Positions 9,947 through 20,534 are shown, counted from the first letter of the whole stretch. The stretch: DNA of 63,989 nt, filler included, from an uncultured Acidimicrobiia bacterium (GCA_964347285.1; 3 parts of 3 records of this genome joined end to end with filler, not necessarily neighbours in it); one strand, 5' to 3'. Notes: a model not told the origin generated them from the sequence alone. A program made the numbers and translations.

Positions 9947-10765
9947 GTGACCAACGACGCGCCCCGACGTCGCTTGCGCTGGTGGTGGATCGCCGGCGGA
10001 GCGGTCGCGCTGCTGGGCCTCGTGGCCGTAGCGCTGGCGTTTACCGCCTTTCGCGACACCACCACCCCGCTGGAGGCGGAGGAAGTCGTGGAAGCATTCA
10101 CTTCGACCACCCGGTCGGCCGGCACCCCGGTAACGATTGCGACCGGTACCGCCGGGGGGGAGCCCGGCGGATACGGGGTGTACGTCTATGAAACGAGCGG
10201 ATTCGAGGAGATCGATGCTCTGGGCGGCGCCCGTCACGACTACCCGGCCCAGAGCTTCATGACGTTGCAGGCCGGCGGATGCGGCACCAAGGTGCGCTGG
10301 GACGTGCTCGAGGAGCGCTGGTCGGAGTGGGAGGTGTGCGACCTCGACGGAGTGCCGGCCTTGGCCGCCGTCGACTCGTTCCACCGCTGGTACGGGGTGG
10401 CCGACCTCGGGGAGTGGGTGTGCAACAGCCCCGGTCCGCTCCAACCGCCCGCCCCCGACGTCACCGCGTGGACGTACGAGTGCGGCACCGGGGCCTCGGT
10501 GGAGACGTATCGGGCCGAATTGATCGGAACCGAGACCTTGGTGGTGGGCGGAGAGGAGGTCGACACCGTGCACGTGCGGGTGGTGACCTCCACCGAGGGG
10601 CGCACCAACGGCTCCGGGAAGACCGACAGCTGGTTCCTGCCCGGCTCGCCGCTGGTGGTGAGGAGGATCGCCGCCGGCGACAGCGTCACGCCCAGCGCCA
10701 TCGGCGACGTTTCCTACAGCGAGCGCTACGAGCTGCAGCTCGCTTCGCTGCAGCCGGTGGGCTGA
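9947..10765 (+). CDS. Hypothetical N-terminally anchored beta-rich exported protein
   Basis: Single TM helix, four Cys, beta-strand-rich body, tight operon spacing. Confidence 0.7.
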   Translation: MTNDAPRRRLRWWWIAGGAVALLGLVAVALAFTAFRDTTTPLEAEEVVEAFTSTTRSAGTPVTIATGTAGGEPGGYGVYVYETSGFEEIDALGGARHDYPAQSFMTLQAGGCGTKVRWDVLEERWSEWEVCDLDGVPALAAVDSFHRWYGVADLGEWVCNSPGPLQPPAPDVTAWTYECGTGASVETYRAELIGTETLVVGGEEVDTVHVRVVTSTEGRTNGSGKTDSWFLPGSPLVVRRIAAGDSVTPSAIGDVSYSERYELQLASLQPVG

Positions 10766-10767
10766 CC

Positions 10768-11700
10768 GTGGCCTCCTCCTCGGGCCCGCTGACGCCACGG
10801 GCGGTAGCCGCCGCCATGAGAGTCTTCGTCGATTTGCTCCGGGCCCACCGCGACGAACTCAACCGGCTCAACGTTTACCCCGTGCCCGACGGCGACACCG
10901 GCACCAACCTGACCCTGACCGTCGACGCCGTGGTGGCCGAGCTGGATTCGTCCAACCCCGACGTTTACGGGGCGATCGGCAAGGGCTCCCTGATGGGAGC
11001 CCGGGGCTCGTCGGGGATCATCCTGGCCCAGGCGCTGCGGGGCCTGTGCGGCAGTCTCCGGGAGGATGCCGAGGTCGGCGGCCCGGAGCTGGCTCAGGCC
11101 TTGACCGAGGCCAGCCGTCGGGCCGATGCCGCCATCAGCGACCCGGTCGAGGGCACGATCCTCACCGTCGCCCGGGAATCCGCCCGTCACGCCCGGAATG
11201 CTCAGCCGGCCTCGCTCGGTGCCACCCTGGACGCAGCCGTGACCGGCGCCGAGAACGCGCTGGCCCGCACTCCCGAGATGCTCCCGGCCCTGGCCGAGGC
11301 CGGGGTGGTGGACGCCGGCGGCAAGGGCTATACGCTGCTGCTGTATGCCCTGCGTGCCGAGGTCACCGGCGTAGCGCCGCCCGCCGCTCCACCCACGGTC
11401 GAGCAGGTGGGCCCGATCGCCGACATGCCCCGGCCTCCCCACTGGGAGGTGGTATGCGTCCTCGAAGCCGACGCCGACGCCATCGACCGGCTCCGTCGGG
11501 CGTGGGATGGCCTGGGTGTGGCCATCGTGATCGCGGGCGGCGAGGGGATCTACAAATGCCACATCCACACCGACGACCCCGAGGCAGCGGTGGCGGCCGC
11601 CGAGGAGGCCGGGTCGATCACCCACTTGGAAAAGTCCGATCTGGTGGCGGCGGTGCACGAGGCGGAATGGGTGCGGGAACGCCTGGCCGATTCCGAGTGA
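10768..11700 (+). CDS. DAK2/DhaL-domain fatty acid kinase subunit (FakA-like, short form)
   Basis: LNRLNVYPVPDGDTGTN, GARGSSG, PVEGTILTV, GVVDAGG, KCHIHTDDP; GTG start 2 nt after upstream stop. Confidence 0.9.
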   Translation: MASSSGPLTPRAVAAAMRVFVDLLRAHRDELNRLNVYPVPDGDTGTNLTLTVDAVVAELDSSNPDVYGAIGKGSLMGARGSSGIILAQALRGLCGSLREDAEVGGPELAQALTEASRRADAAISDPVEGTILTVARESARHARNAQPASLGATLDAAVTGAENALARTPEMLPALAEAGVVDAGGKGYTLLLYALRAEVTGVAPPAAPPTVEQVGPIADMPRPPHWEVVCVLEADADAIDRLRRAWDGLGVAIVIAGGEGIYKCHIHTDDPEAAVAAAEEAGSITHLEKSDLVAAVHEAEWVRERLADSE

Positions 11701-12077
11701 AGCTTTTGGCGGCGGCGCTCGCCGCGCTGAGCCTGGCGACCGCAGCCTGCGGAGAGAGCCGGTTTTCGTTCCTCGACGAGGAGTCGCAGGTGGAGTTCGC
11801 GGTGCGTACCTACGTGAGCGCGGTGGTCGAAGGGAAGCCGCTCGACGCCTTCGTGATGCTTTCCGAAACCTGTCAGAGACGGGTGGGTTTGGAAGGGATG
11901 GAGGCGCTGAGCGAAGCCGCCGTCGCCAAATCGTTCCAGCCGTCGGTGGCCCGCTACGAGACGCTGGCGCTGATCGGGGATACCGCCCGGGTGCGATATC
12001 GCAGCGGACTAGAGGAAGCGGTGGTCGAGCAGGAATGGGTGCGGGAGGACGCCGAGTGGCGCCTCGACGATTGTTGA
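11697..12077 (+). CDS. Small lipoprotein (NTF2-like fold suspected)
   Basis: GTGA overlap with DAK2 stop, lipobox ATAAC, C-terminal WVREDAEWR. Confidence 0.7.
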   Translation: MKLLAAALAALSLATAACGESRFSFLDEESQVEFAVRTYVSAVVEGKPLDAFVMLSETCQRRVGLEGMEALSEAAVAKSFQPSVARYETLALIGDTARVRYRSGLEEAVVEQEWVREDAEWRLDDC

Positions 12078-12117
12078 CCACCTAGGCTCGCCGCAGTGTC
12101 CGATACCAGGAGGTGAC

Positions 12118-12660
12118 ATGTCCCGGCCCGCTCCTGCGCCCGACGCCTACCGCAACGTCGTGGGCCTTCGGGCGGTGCGCAACTTCCGTCCCGAGTCCCT
12201 GGCGGCGGGCGACCTCGATGCCATTCTGGAGGCGGCGCGCTGGACGGGGAGCTCCAAGAACACCCAGCCGTGGGCGTTCGTGGTGTGCGCCGACGCCGAC
12301 AGTCGGGCCGCGCTCGCTTCGGCCGGCCGCTACGCGGTGGCGATCGAGAACGCCCCGGTGGCGGTTGCCATCGTGAAGCTTCCCCGGGGCGGCGACTTCG
12401 ACATCGGACGGGTGGCCCAGAACATGATGCTGGCCGCGGCGGCCCGCGGCGTCGGGTCGTGCCCGGTCACTTTGCACCACGAGGATCGGGCCCGGGAGGT
12501 CCTGGCGCTGCCGCAGGGCCATGCCTGCCGCTATGCAGTGGCCTTCGGCTATCCGGACGAGGCGGCCGAGGCCGCCGAGCGGCGGGCCCGCTCGGCTCGC
12601 GGCGTCGGCGGGCGCCGGCCGCTGGAGGACATGGTCCATCGGGGCCGGTTCGGTCGCTAG
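12118..12660 (+). CDS. Nitroreductase family protein
   Basis: RAVRNF, SSKNTQPW, DIGRVAQNMMLAA, FGYP; RBS aggagg. Confidence 0.92.
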   Translation: MSRPAPAPDAYRNVVGLRAVRNFRPESLAAGDLDAILEAARWTGSSKNTQPWAFVVCADADSRAALASAGRYAVAIENAPVAVAIVKLPRGGDFDIGRVAQNMMLAAAARGVGSCPVTLHHEDRAREVLALPQGHACRYAVAFGYPDEAAEAAERRARSARGVGGRRPLEDMVHRGRFGR

Positions 12661-12667
12661 TCGGCCG

Positions 12668-13081
12668 ATGCGCCTCCGCATCCTTCCCGGCACCTGGGCG
12701 GTCTGCCGCCTCCCCGCCGATCACCCGGTGCCGCAGTGGGCCGCCGCAGCGGCGTTGTGGTCGGCGACGAGGACCGCCGACGAGCTGTCGATCGTGTGTC
12801 CGGCCGGCGCGGTGCCCCCGGGCGCCACCGCCTACGGGGAATGGGCGGCGCTGGGGGTGGAGGGACATCTGGACCTCGGTGCCGTCGGGATCCTGAGCGA
12901 GCTCACCTCGGTGCTGGCTTCGGCCGGGGCGGCGGTGTTCGTGATCTCCACCTACGACACCGACTATCTGCTTGTGCCCCTCGAGCGGCTGGAGGCGGCC
13001 GGCCATGCTCTGGTCGCCGCCGGGCATCCGGTGGAGGGGCCGGAAGAAATCGCTCCGCCTCCCGGTTCGGACTTGCCATGA
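12668..13081 (+). CDS. ACT-domain (ACT_7/CASTOR-like) protein
   Basis: TADELSIVC, VGILSELT, VFVISTYDTDYLLV. Confidence 0.88.
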   Translation: MRLRILPGTWAVCRLPADHPVPQWAAAAALWSATRTADELSIVCPAGAVPPGATAYGEWAALGVEGHLDLGAVGILSELTSVLASAGAAVFVISTYDTDYLLVPLERLEAAGHALVAAGHPVEGPEEIAPPPGSDLP

Positions 13082-13473
13082 GAGACATCATCCAGCTGCT
13101 CGATGAGCCGGACACCACGGTGGCGGTCGTCGGGGCCACCGACGATCGGTCCAAGTACGGCAACACGATCTACCGCGACCTCAGGCGCAAGGGCTTCCGG
13201 GTCTTCGCCGTCAACCCCAATCGGGACACGGTCGAAGGCGACCGGGCCTACCGGTCGCTCGCCGATCTCGAGGAGCCGCCGACCATCGTCGACATCGTCG
13301 TGCCGCCCCGGGTCGCCCTCGAGGTGCTGAAGACGGCCCGCGAGCTGGGCTACCTGAACGTCTGGGTCCAGCCGGGTGCGGAGAGCCCCGAGGTGCTGGC
13401 CTATCTCCAGGAGCACGGCTTCAACTACTTGGCCCATGCCTGCATCATGGTCGAGAGCCGAATGCGGGTGTGA
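13078..13473 (+). CDS. CoA-binding protein (YccU-like)
   Basis: VAVVGAT, AVNP, YRSLADL, VWVQPGAES, terminal CIMV; ATGA overlap. Confidence 0.9.
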   Translation: MRDIIQLLDEPDTTVAVVGATDDRSKYGNTIYRDLRRKGFRVFAVNPNRDTVEGDRAYRSLADLEEPPTIVDIVVPPRVALEVLKTARELGYLNVWVQPGAESPEVLAYLQEHGFNYLAHACIMVESRMRV

Positions 13474-13485
13474 CTTCCCGGCCGA

Positions 13486-14994
13486 TCAGACCCAGATCCC
13501 CAGACGAAGCGGGGCGTCCTTTCCTCCGATTCGGTCGCGCTCGAGCAGGGCCAGGACGCGGGCCGGCACCTCTCGTTCTGCCCGGTCGATGGCCTCGTCC
13601 CGGTCGGAACCCAGCGTGATGGCCTCGAACCCGTTACCGGCGGGGAGGCACCCGGGGTTGGCGACGATCACGGTTCCCCGACCGGTGCGGACGTCCCAGA
13701 CGTCGAGGGCCTCGAGCAGACTCGACAGGGAGGGGTATCGCCCCGGAGGGGGGATGATTTTGCCCACAGCGAAGTCCCGGGTGGCCCAATCGCCGAACAA
13801 CCGGTTCATCAGGGTCATCGGCAGCGAGGCACCTCCCCAGCGGCCGTTGCACTCGAGCAGGTGCAGGGCGGCCCGTTCCGGATCGGTCCCGACCAGCAAG
13901 ATGTCGAACGAGCAGCGACCCACGTAGCCCAGGCGCTGGTAGAGGAAGGCCAGCAGCCAGCAGCGATCCACCATGCGGCGGGTCGTGTCCTCCGGCAACC
14001 GGGCGGCCACGGCTCCTCGCCACCGATGCGCTCCCTGGAACAGGCGCTGCTCGAAGACTCCCTCCACGATGGGCGGGCCTTCGGGCAGCGGCGGCACCCA
14101 CAGGTGCAGCGAGGGCGACTGGAGGACCGGTTCCTCCCAGTGGCTCACCAGCAGCGGTCGGTCCCGCTTCCAGGCCGGCAGGGCGCTGCGCAGCAGGTCG
14201 CGCACTGCGCTCAGCGGTCGCCCCCGGATGAGACGCCCCTCGAGCACGACGTTGCCGTGGCCTCCGGCCGATTCGGGGTGCTTGACCACGATCGTGTCGG
14301 CTTCGGAAGCCAGCCCCCGCACCCGGCGGGCCAGAGCGGTGAAGTTGGCCGCCCAGGAGGTCGGGGGCAGCGCCCCGGCGCCGAACAGCTGCTCGACGGT
14401 CTGGGCAAACACCACCTTGTCGTTCACCCAGGCGGCCAGGGCCGGCGGGGGTGCGATCACCGGCAGGGCGCGCCCGGCCGCCTGGCGGAGGAGCAGGGCC
14501 AGCTGCCACACCGCCCGCGAGCCCATGTGGGGATGGAGATAGCGGATCCGGCCCTTGCGCAGCGCGGCCACCAGTCGAGCCCGGACCTCGGGGTCCCGCC
14601 ACACCGCCGCTGCCGTCCACGAAGGGTGGGTCGGGGTGCGAGCCACCAGCCAGGTGGAGCGGCCCAGCCCGAGCCGATCCCGGCAGTAGGCCTCGTATCC
14701 GGCCACCGGGGGCAGCGAGGAGGCGATGAGGTCGCCGTCCCCGGCCCGGAGCCGGGCCCGGTCCTGCAGGCAGGCGTAGGCGACGAACGGGGCGAACTCG
14801 TGGATGCCGCTCAGATCGTCGATGTGCAGCGTGGGACCGGAACCGAGACGCTCGGGAACCAGCTCCTCGAACTCGGGAGGCGGGGAGAGCGCCGGATGGC
14901 GTGACCGCACCTCCTCGGCCAGGCGCTCGGCCCGGCGCACCTCCTCGGCCGGCGGCGCCGCCCGGTGATGCTCGACGACCGGCACGCCGTCCAT
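13486..14994 (-). CDS. preATP-grasp / PGM1-related ATP-grasp peptide ligase
   Basis: N-terminal preATP-grasp-like region (RAGDGD...YEAYC...LGLG), NDK, K..SAGGHGN, SPS, SFD, ECNGRWGG; RBS aaggagg. Confidence 0.75.
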   Translation of the reverse strand: MDGVPVVEHHRAAPPAEEVRRAERLAEEVRSRHPALSPPPEFEELVPERLGSGPTLHIDDLSGIHEFAPFVAYACLQDRARLRAGDGDLIASSLPPVAGYEAYCRDRLGLGRSTWLVARTPTHPSWTAAAVWRDPEVRARLVAALRKGRIRYLHPHMGSRAVWQLALLLRQAAGRALPVIAPPPALAAWVNDKVVFAQTVEQLFGAGALPPTSWAANFTALARRVRGLASEADTIVVKHPESAGGHGNVVLEGRLIRGRPLSAVRDLLRSALPAWKRDRPLLVSHWEEPVLQSPSLHLWVPPLPEGPPIVEGVFEQRLFQGAHRWRGAVAARLPEDTTRRMVDRCWLLAFLYQRLGYVGRCSFDILLVGTDPERAALHLLECNGRWGGASLPMTLMNRLFGDWATRDFAVGKIIPPPGRYPSLSSLLEALDVWDVRTGRGTVIVANPGCLPAGNGFEAITLGSDRDEAIDRAEREVPARVLALLERDRIGGKDAPLRLGIWV

Positions 14995-15076
14995 GTCCCC
15001 TCCTTTGGGATCAACCTACGGCGGCGGCCGGCCGGGGGTAAGGGCCGGAAGTCCCCCTCGACCGGGCCCAAATCGC

Positions 15077-16075
15077 TCAGCGCAGCAAGAAACCCGGGAG
15101 GGGGTCGTCCGGTTCCAGGGCGAAGTGGGCCTCTCCGGTGTAGTGGGCCCTGCCTCCCACCTCGACCACCACCCCCGGGAACTCTTCAACCGCGTCCTCC
15201 CGGATCGCCCGGCCGGTGAAGAGGGCACCGGTGATGCTCTCGAACTTGCGCATCTGGCCGAGGGCGATCTGACCCTTGGCGTATTGGGCGGCGACGCGGG
15301 CCTGGATGCCCGACCCGGTGGGGCTGCGGTCGACCTGGGAATCGGCGAACACGCAGACGTTGGCAGTGGGGCTCTCCGAGTAGCGGTCGGCGCCGTCGGT
15401 CAGGATTGTGCCGTACAGAAAGGCGAGATCTTCCCCGTCGGGATGGTGCAGGGGCACCGCCTCGGCGACGGCCGCGGTGGTGGCCGCGGCGGCATCCGCC
15501 AGGTTGCCGACCGGCGATCGGCGGACGTCGAGCCCGTACTGGTCGGCGGGGGCGAGGGCATAGAAGGCGCCTCCGTAGGCGACGTCGACAGTGACCAGTC
15601 CGTGCCCGGGCACCTCGACCTTCCGGTCGGCGACCGCCAGGAACGAGGGGACGCTCTCGAAGTGGACGGTTCCCGTCTTGCCTCCGATGGTCTCCACCCG
15701 GCAGCGCACCAGGCCGGCCGGTACCTGGATGTTGACGGTGGTTTCCGGTTCGGAGGCGGCGACGATCCCGGTGTCGACCGCCCAGCGCCCCAGGGCGATC
15801 ACCCCGTGCCCGCACATCGTGCTGTAGCCCTCGTTGTGCATGAACAGGACCGCCAGGTCGGCGTCGGGATGGTCGGGAGGGACCGGGATCGCCCCGTACA
15901 TGTCGTAGTGGCCCCGGGGTTCGAACATGAGCAGGCGGCGCAGGTGGTCGAGGTGCTCGCGGGCGTAGCGTCGCCGCTCGAGGATCGTGTTGCCCCGGAT
16001 GGGGGGATAGCCGGAAGTGACGACGCGCAGGGGTTCGCCCCCGGTGTGCATCTCGGTGGTGTGGATTTCGGCCAT
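15077..16075 (-). CDS. Proline racemase family; probable trans-3-hydroxy-L-proline dehydratase
   Basis: HTGGEP, EPRGH, STMCGHG and DRSPTGSG (Cys/Thr catalytic pair rather than Cys/Cys). Confidence 0.85.
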   Translation of the reverse strand: MAEIHTTEMHTGGEPLRVVTSGYPPIRGNTILERRRYAREHLDHLRRLLMFEPRGHYDMYGAIPVPPDHPDADLAVLFMHNEGYSTMCGHGVIALGRWAVDTGIVAASEPETTVNIQVPAGLVRCRVETIGGKTGTVHFESVPSFLAVADRKVEVPGHGLVTVDVAYGGAFYALAPADQYGLDVRRSPVGNLADAAAATTAAVAEAVPLHHPDGEDLAFLYGTILTDGADRYSESPTANVCVFADSQVDRSPTGSGIQARVAAQYAKGQIALGQMRKFESITGALFTGRAIREDAVEEFPGVVVEVGGRAHYTGEAHFALEPDDPLPGFLLR

Positions 16076-16164
16076 CTCTGGAGTCTACGAAAAGTGATCT
16101 CGGCGGGGCCTGCACCGGCCGACGCACGATGGGTAGTTTCTGACGTAGAGAAAGGAGGATCGGC

Positions 16165-16425
16165 ATGGACGACTCCGGGAATCAGCGCGAGGAAGCCGTC
16201 AAGCGGGTGAAGGCCAAGCGGGACTTCAGGAATCACCTGGCGGCGTACCTCATCGTGAATACGCTGCTCGTGGTCATTTGGGCGGCGTCGGGAGGCGGGT
16301 ACTTCTGGCCGATCTGGCCGATCCTGGGCTGGGGAGTGGGCCTGGCGTTCAACTGGTGGAGCGCCTACTTCCAGCGCCCCATCTCGGAGGACGAGATTCG
16401 CCGGGAGATGGAGCGAGGCGACTAG
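16165..16425 (+). CDS. 2TM domain small membrane protein
   Basis: HLAAYLIVN...YFWPIWPILGWGVGL...EDEIRREM signature; RBS aggagg. Confidence 0.88.
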   Translation: MDDSGNQREEAVKRVKAKRDFRNHLAAYLIVNTLLVVIWAASGGGYFWPIWPILGWGVGLAFNWWSAYFQRPISEDEIRREMERGD

Positions 16426-16497
16426 CCGCGTCATTCCCGGCCGCCCTGGGCGAGCGGCACCGGAGTTCGCCGGCCGGGTGTCGGCCGGTCCTGGGCG

Positions 16498-17457
16498 TCA
16501 GGCCACGACCTCGAGGAGCTTCTCGGGGGCGATGTTGCCTCCGCTGGCGACGGCCACCGTCGCCGTCCCGGGCCGGACCCGGCCGGTCAGCAGGGCGGCC
16601 AGGGCCACCGCTCCGCCCCCTTCCAGCACGAGGCGGTGGGCGGTGAAGGCGAACCGCATGGCATCGGCGATCTCCTCCTCGCTCACCAGCACCACGTCGT
16701 CGAGGAGTCGGGCGCACAGCGCCAGCGTGTAGCGGTTCTCGGCGCCGAGGCTGCCGGCCAGGGCGTCGGCCAGGGTGTCGACCTCCTCGACTTCCACCAA
16801 GCGCCCGGCCCGCAGGCTCTCGTACATGGCCGGCCCCCGCTCCTGGGAGACGCCGATCACCCGGACGGCCGGGTCGGCCGACGTGAGGGCCAGGGCGATG
16901 CCCGAGATCAGACCGCCGCCGGACAGCGGCACGACCGCCGTATCGATCTCGGGAAGGTCTTCGAGGAGCTCCAGACCGATCGTTCCCTGACCGGCGATCA
17001 CCAGTGGGTCGTCGAAGGGATGGACGAACGTGAGGCCCTCCTCGGCGCTGCGGCGGCGGGCGGCGGCGTCGGCCTCCTGCTGGGTTTCGCCGGCCGTCAC
17101 CACCTCGGCGCCCAGTGCGGCGATGGCGTCCGACTTCTCTTTGGGAACCCGGGTGGTGATGTAGACCACCGCCCGGGCCTCGACCTCCCGGGCCACGTGA
17201 GCCACCGCCCGTCCGTGGTTGCCACTGGAGACGGCGACGAGGCCCCGGCGCCGCTCCTCGGCTCCCAGCGCCAGGATCTTCGAGGCGGCCCCCCGCAGCT
17301 TGAACGAGCCGGTGACCTGGGCGCTCTCGTCCTTGATCGAGACCGGGGCGCCCACCCGCTCCGACAGCGGAGACGACGCCACCAGGGGAGTCCGGCGGGC
17401 CAGGCCCTGGATCCGCCGCCGGGCGGCGAAGATGTCCCGCTGGGTGGGCTCGGCCAT
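16498..17457 (-). CDS. PLP-dependent threonine/serine dehydratase (EutB-like)
   Basis: TGSFKLRGA, SSGNHG, GQGTIG, LSGGGL, SGGN. Confidence 0.88.
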   Translation of the reverse strand: MAEPTQRDIFAARRRIQGLARRTPLVASSPLSERVGAPVSIKDESAQVTGSFKLRGAASKILALGAEERRRGLVAVSSGNHGRAVAHVAREVEARAVVYITTRVPKEKSDAIAALGAEVVTAGETQQEADAAARRRSAEEGLTFVHPFDDPLVIAGQGTIGLELLEDLPEIDTAVVPLSGGGLISGIALALTSADPAVRVIGVSQERGPAMYESLRAGRLVEVEEVDTLADALAGSLGAENRYTLALCARLLDDVVLVSEEEIADAMRFAFTAHRLVLEGGGAVALAALLTGRVRPGTATVAVASGGNIAPEKLLEVVA

Positions 17458-17535
17458 CAGCGGAGCATAGGTGGCGCCGGACGGCGCGGGCCCGGTGGGT
17501 CGGCTGCGGCGGGAACAAATGCCGACCTTCAGGGG

Positions 17536-17570
17536 TTGACATAATAGAATCTAAGTGCTATACACTGAGA
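17536..17570 (+). promoter_or_regulatory. sigmaA-type promoter of hsp20 with overlapping HAIR-like inverted repeat
   Basis: TTGACA (17536-41), 17 bp, TGn-TATACA; TCTAAGT-N7-ACTGAGA (17550-17570) resembles the HspR HAIR CTTGAGT-N7-ACTCAAG; local AT-rich patch. Confidence 0.6.
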
Positions 17571-17623
17571 TAACCAGAGTCACTCAACTGACCCGATGAG
17601 GTCACCGACTTGAGGAGGTGGAC

Positions 17624-18112
17624 ATGACCCTGGTGCGTTGGCGCTCTCCATTCGACGCCTTCGCTGCAATGGAGCGGGACTTCGACGATTTGCTGTCTCG
17701 CGTCCTCTCCGCCCGGCCGGCGAGCCGCGAGGGAGGCATGGCCTCCTGGCGCCCCCGGACGGAGGCATTCCGCGACGGCGATCACTTCGTGGTGCGGGCC
17801 GAGTTGCCCGGCATCGACCCGGAGAAGGACGTCGAGGTGAATCTCGACGGCAACGTGCTCCGCATCTCGGGTGAGAGGTCGTTCGACCGCAAGATCGACG
17901 AGAAAGACCGCTTCCTGAGCGAGCGGTACTTCGGCTCTTTTTCGCGGGAGTTCATCCTGCCCGACGGCATCGATCCGGAATCGCTCGAAGCCAGCTACGA
18001 CGACGGGGTGCTGACCGTCACCATGCCGGTGCCGGCCACTCTCGAGGCGACGAGCCGCCGCATCCCGATCGCCTCAGGCGGGGTGGTCGACGTCGAAGAG
18101 AAGAGCAACTGA
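17624..18112 (+). CDS. Hsp20/alpha-crystallin small heat shock protein
   Basis: AELPGIDPEKDV, ISGER, ERYFGSFSR, ASYDDGVL; RBS gaggagg. Confidence 0.95.
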   Translation: MTLVRWRSPFDAFAAMERDFDDLLSRVLSARPASREGGMASWRPRTEAFRDGDHFVVRAELPGIDPEKDVEVNLDGNVLRISGERSFDRKIDEKDRFLSERYFGSFSREFILPDGIDPESLEASYDDGVLTVTMPVPATLEATSRRIPIASGGVVDVEEKSN

Positions 18113-18129
18113 GATCCAGCACGTTCGAT

Positions 18130-18155
18130 GAGGGCCCGGCTCGAGCCGGGCCCTC
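18130..18155. terminator. Perfect 26-bp palindrome between convergent hsp20 and zwf (bidirectional terminator candidate)
   Basis: gagggcccggctcgagccgggccctc is its own reverse complement. Confidence 0.65.
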
Positions 18156-18172
18156 GGCGCGTCCACCGATTC

Positions 18173-19615
18173 CTACCTGCCCATCCACTCCTCTCCGCCC
18201 AAGGCCAGACCCTGGTCCATGGCGGCCGGTCCCCAGGTGCCGGCGTCGTAGCGATAGGGAGTGAAGTCCCGCTCCAGCAGCGGGGTGTACAGCCGCCACG
18301 ACTCCTCCACCTCGTCGGAGCGGACGAACAGGGTCTGGTCGCCCTCCATGACGTCGAGGAGCAGCGTCTGGTAGGCGGTGGGGAGCGGCCCGAAGGCGTG
18401 CTCGTAGCGGAAATCGAGCGGGTGGGACTGCAGCTCGAGAGTGTCGCCGGGCGCCTTGACGTCGAACAGCAATGAGAACCCCTCGTCGGGCTGAAGGGTG
18501 ATCAAGAGCACGTTCTGATCCTGCTGGCAGGTGTCGTAGCGGCCGTGGTACAGACAGATCGGAGCCGGCTGGAACGTGACCGCGATCTGGGTCAGGCGCC
18601 GGGGGAGGCGCTTGCCGGAGCGCAGGTAAAAGGGCACCCCCGCCCAGCGCCAGGTCTGCACGAAGGCTTTGAGGCCGACGAAGGTAGGGGTGATCGATTG
18701 GGGATCGACGCCCGGCTCTTCGTGATAGCCGGGCACCTCGTGCCCGTCGATGGTCCCGGCCTGGTACTGGCCGAACACCACGTTCTCGGGCTCGATGGGG
18801 GCCATCGCTCTGAGCACCTTGACCTTCTCGTCGCGGATGGGATCGGCCCGGAAGTCGACCGGCGGCTCCATCGCCACCAGCGTGAGGAGCTGGGTGAGGT
18901 GGTTCTGGACCATGTCGCGCAGCGCTCCGGCCTGCTCGTAGTAGCCGGCCCGGCCCTCGATTCCCAGTGACTCGGCGACGGTGATCTCGACGTGCTGGAC
19001 CAGGCCGCGGTGCCAGGCGCTCTCGAAGAGGGGGTTGGCGAAGCGAAAGGCGAGGAGGTTCTGCACCGTTTCCTTGCCCAGGTAGTGGTCGATGCGGTAC
19101 ACCTGGGACTCGTCGAAGTAGCGATGGAGCGTGGCGTTGAGCTGCCGGGCCGAGTCGAGATCGCGTCCGAACGGCTTCTCGACGACGATGCGGGTCCAGC
19201 CACCGCTCCGGTTGAGCCCCGATTCGCCCAGGCCGTCGATTGCCGGCGGGAACGCCTCGAGGGGAAGGGCCAGGTAGAACACCCGGTTGCCCCCCAGCCC
19301 CAGGCTCTGCTCCAGATCGGCGATGCGCCCGGCCAGCATGCGGTAGGAGCCGGGGTCCCGGTCGACCGGGCAGTAGAAGAGGCGCTCGTCGGACCACCGG
19401 GCGGCGTCGTCGCCGGAGCATCCGGCGTGGGCGAGCGCCTCGCGGGCCCGGGAGCGATAGGCCTCGTCGTCGAGAGGGGTGGTGGCCACGCCCAGCACGT
19501 GGACGGCCTCGCCGACGCCGCTCTGGGTGACGAGGCGGTAGAAGGCGGGCAGCAGCTTGCGCCCGGTCAGGTCGCCGGTGCCGCCCAGGATCACGAACAG
19601 CTGCGGCTCGATCAT
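18173..19615 (-). CDS. zwf: Glucose-6-phosphate 1-dehydrogenase
   Basis: [43 protein letters not shown]. Confidence 0.96.
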   Translation of the reverse strand: MIEPQLFVILGGTGDLTGRKLLPAFYRLVTQSGVGEAVHVLGVATTPLDDEAYRSRAREALAHAGCSGDDAARWSDERLFYCPVDRDPGSYRMLAGRIADLEQSLGLGGNRVFYLALPLEAFPPAIDGLGESGLNRSGGWTRIVVEKPFGRDLDSARQLNATLHRYFDESQVYRIDHYLGKETVQNLLAFRFANPLFESAWHRGLVQHVEITVAESLGIEGRAGYYEQAGALRDMVQNHLTQLLTLVAMEPPVDFRADPIRDEKVKVLRAMAPIEPENVVFGQYQAGTIDGHEVPGYHEEPGVDPQSITPTFVGLKAFVQTWRWAGVPFYLRSGKRLPRRLTQIAVTFQPAPICLYHGRYDTCQQDQNVLLITLQPDEGFSLLFDVKAPGDTLELQSHPLDFRYEHAFGPLPTAYQTLLLDVMEGDQTLFVRSDEVEESWRLYTPLLERDFTPYRYDAGTWGPAAMDQGLALGGEEWMGR

Positions 19616-19617
19616 CG

Positions 19618-20523
<906 letters not shown>

Positions 20524-20534
20524 GCGTCCTCCTC

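Noticed and set aside
17535..17561. CIRCE (HrcA) element upstream of hsp20
   Set aside because: Only the right half (aAGTGCTAt) resembles CIRCE; the left half does not match
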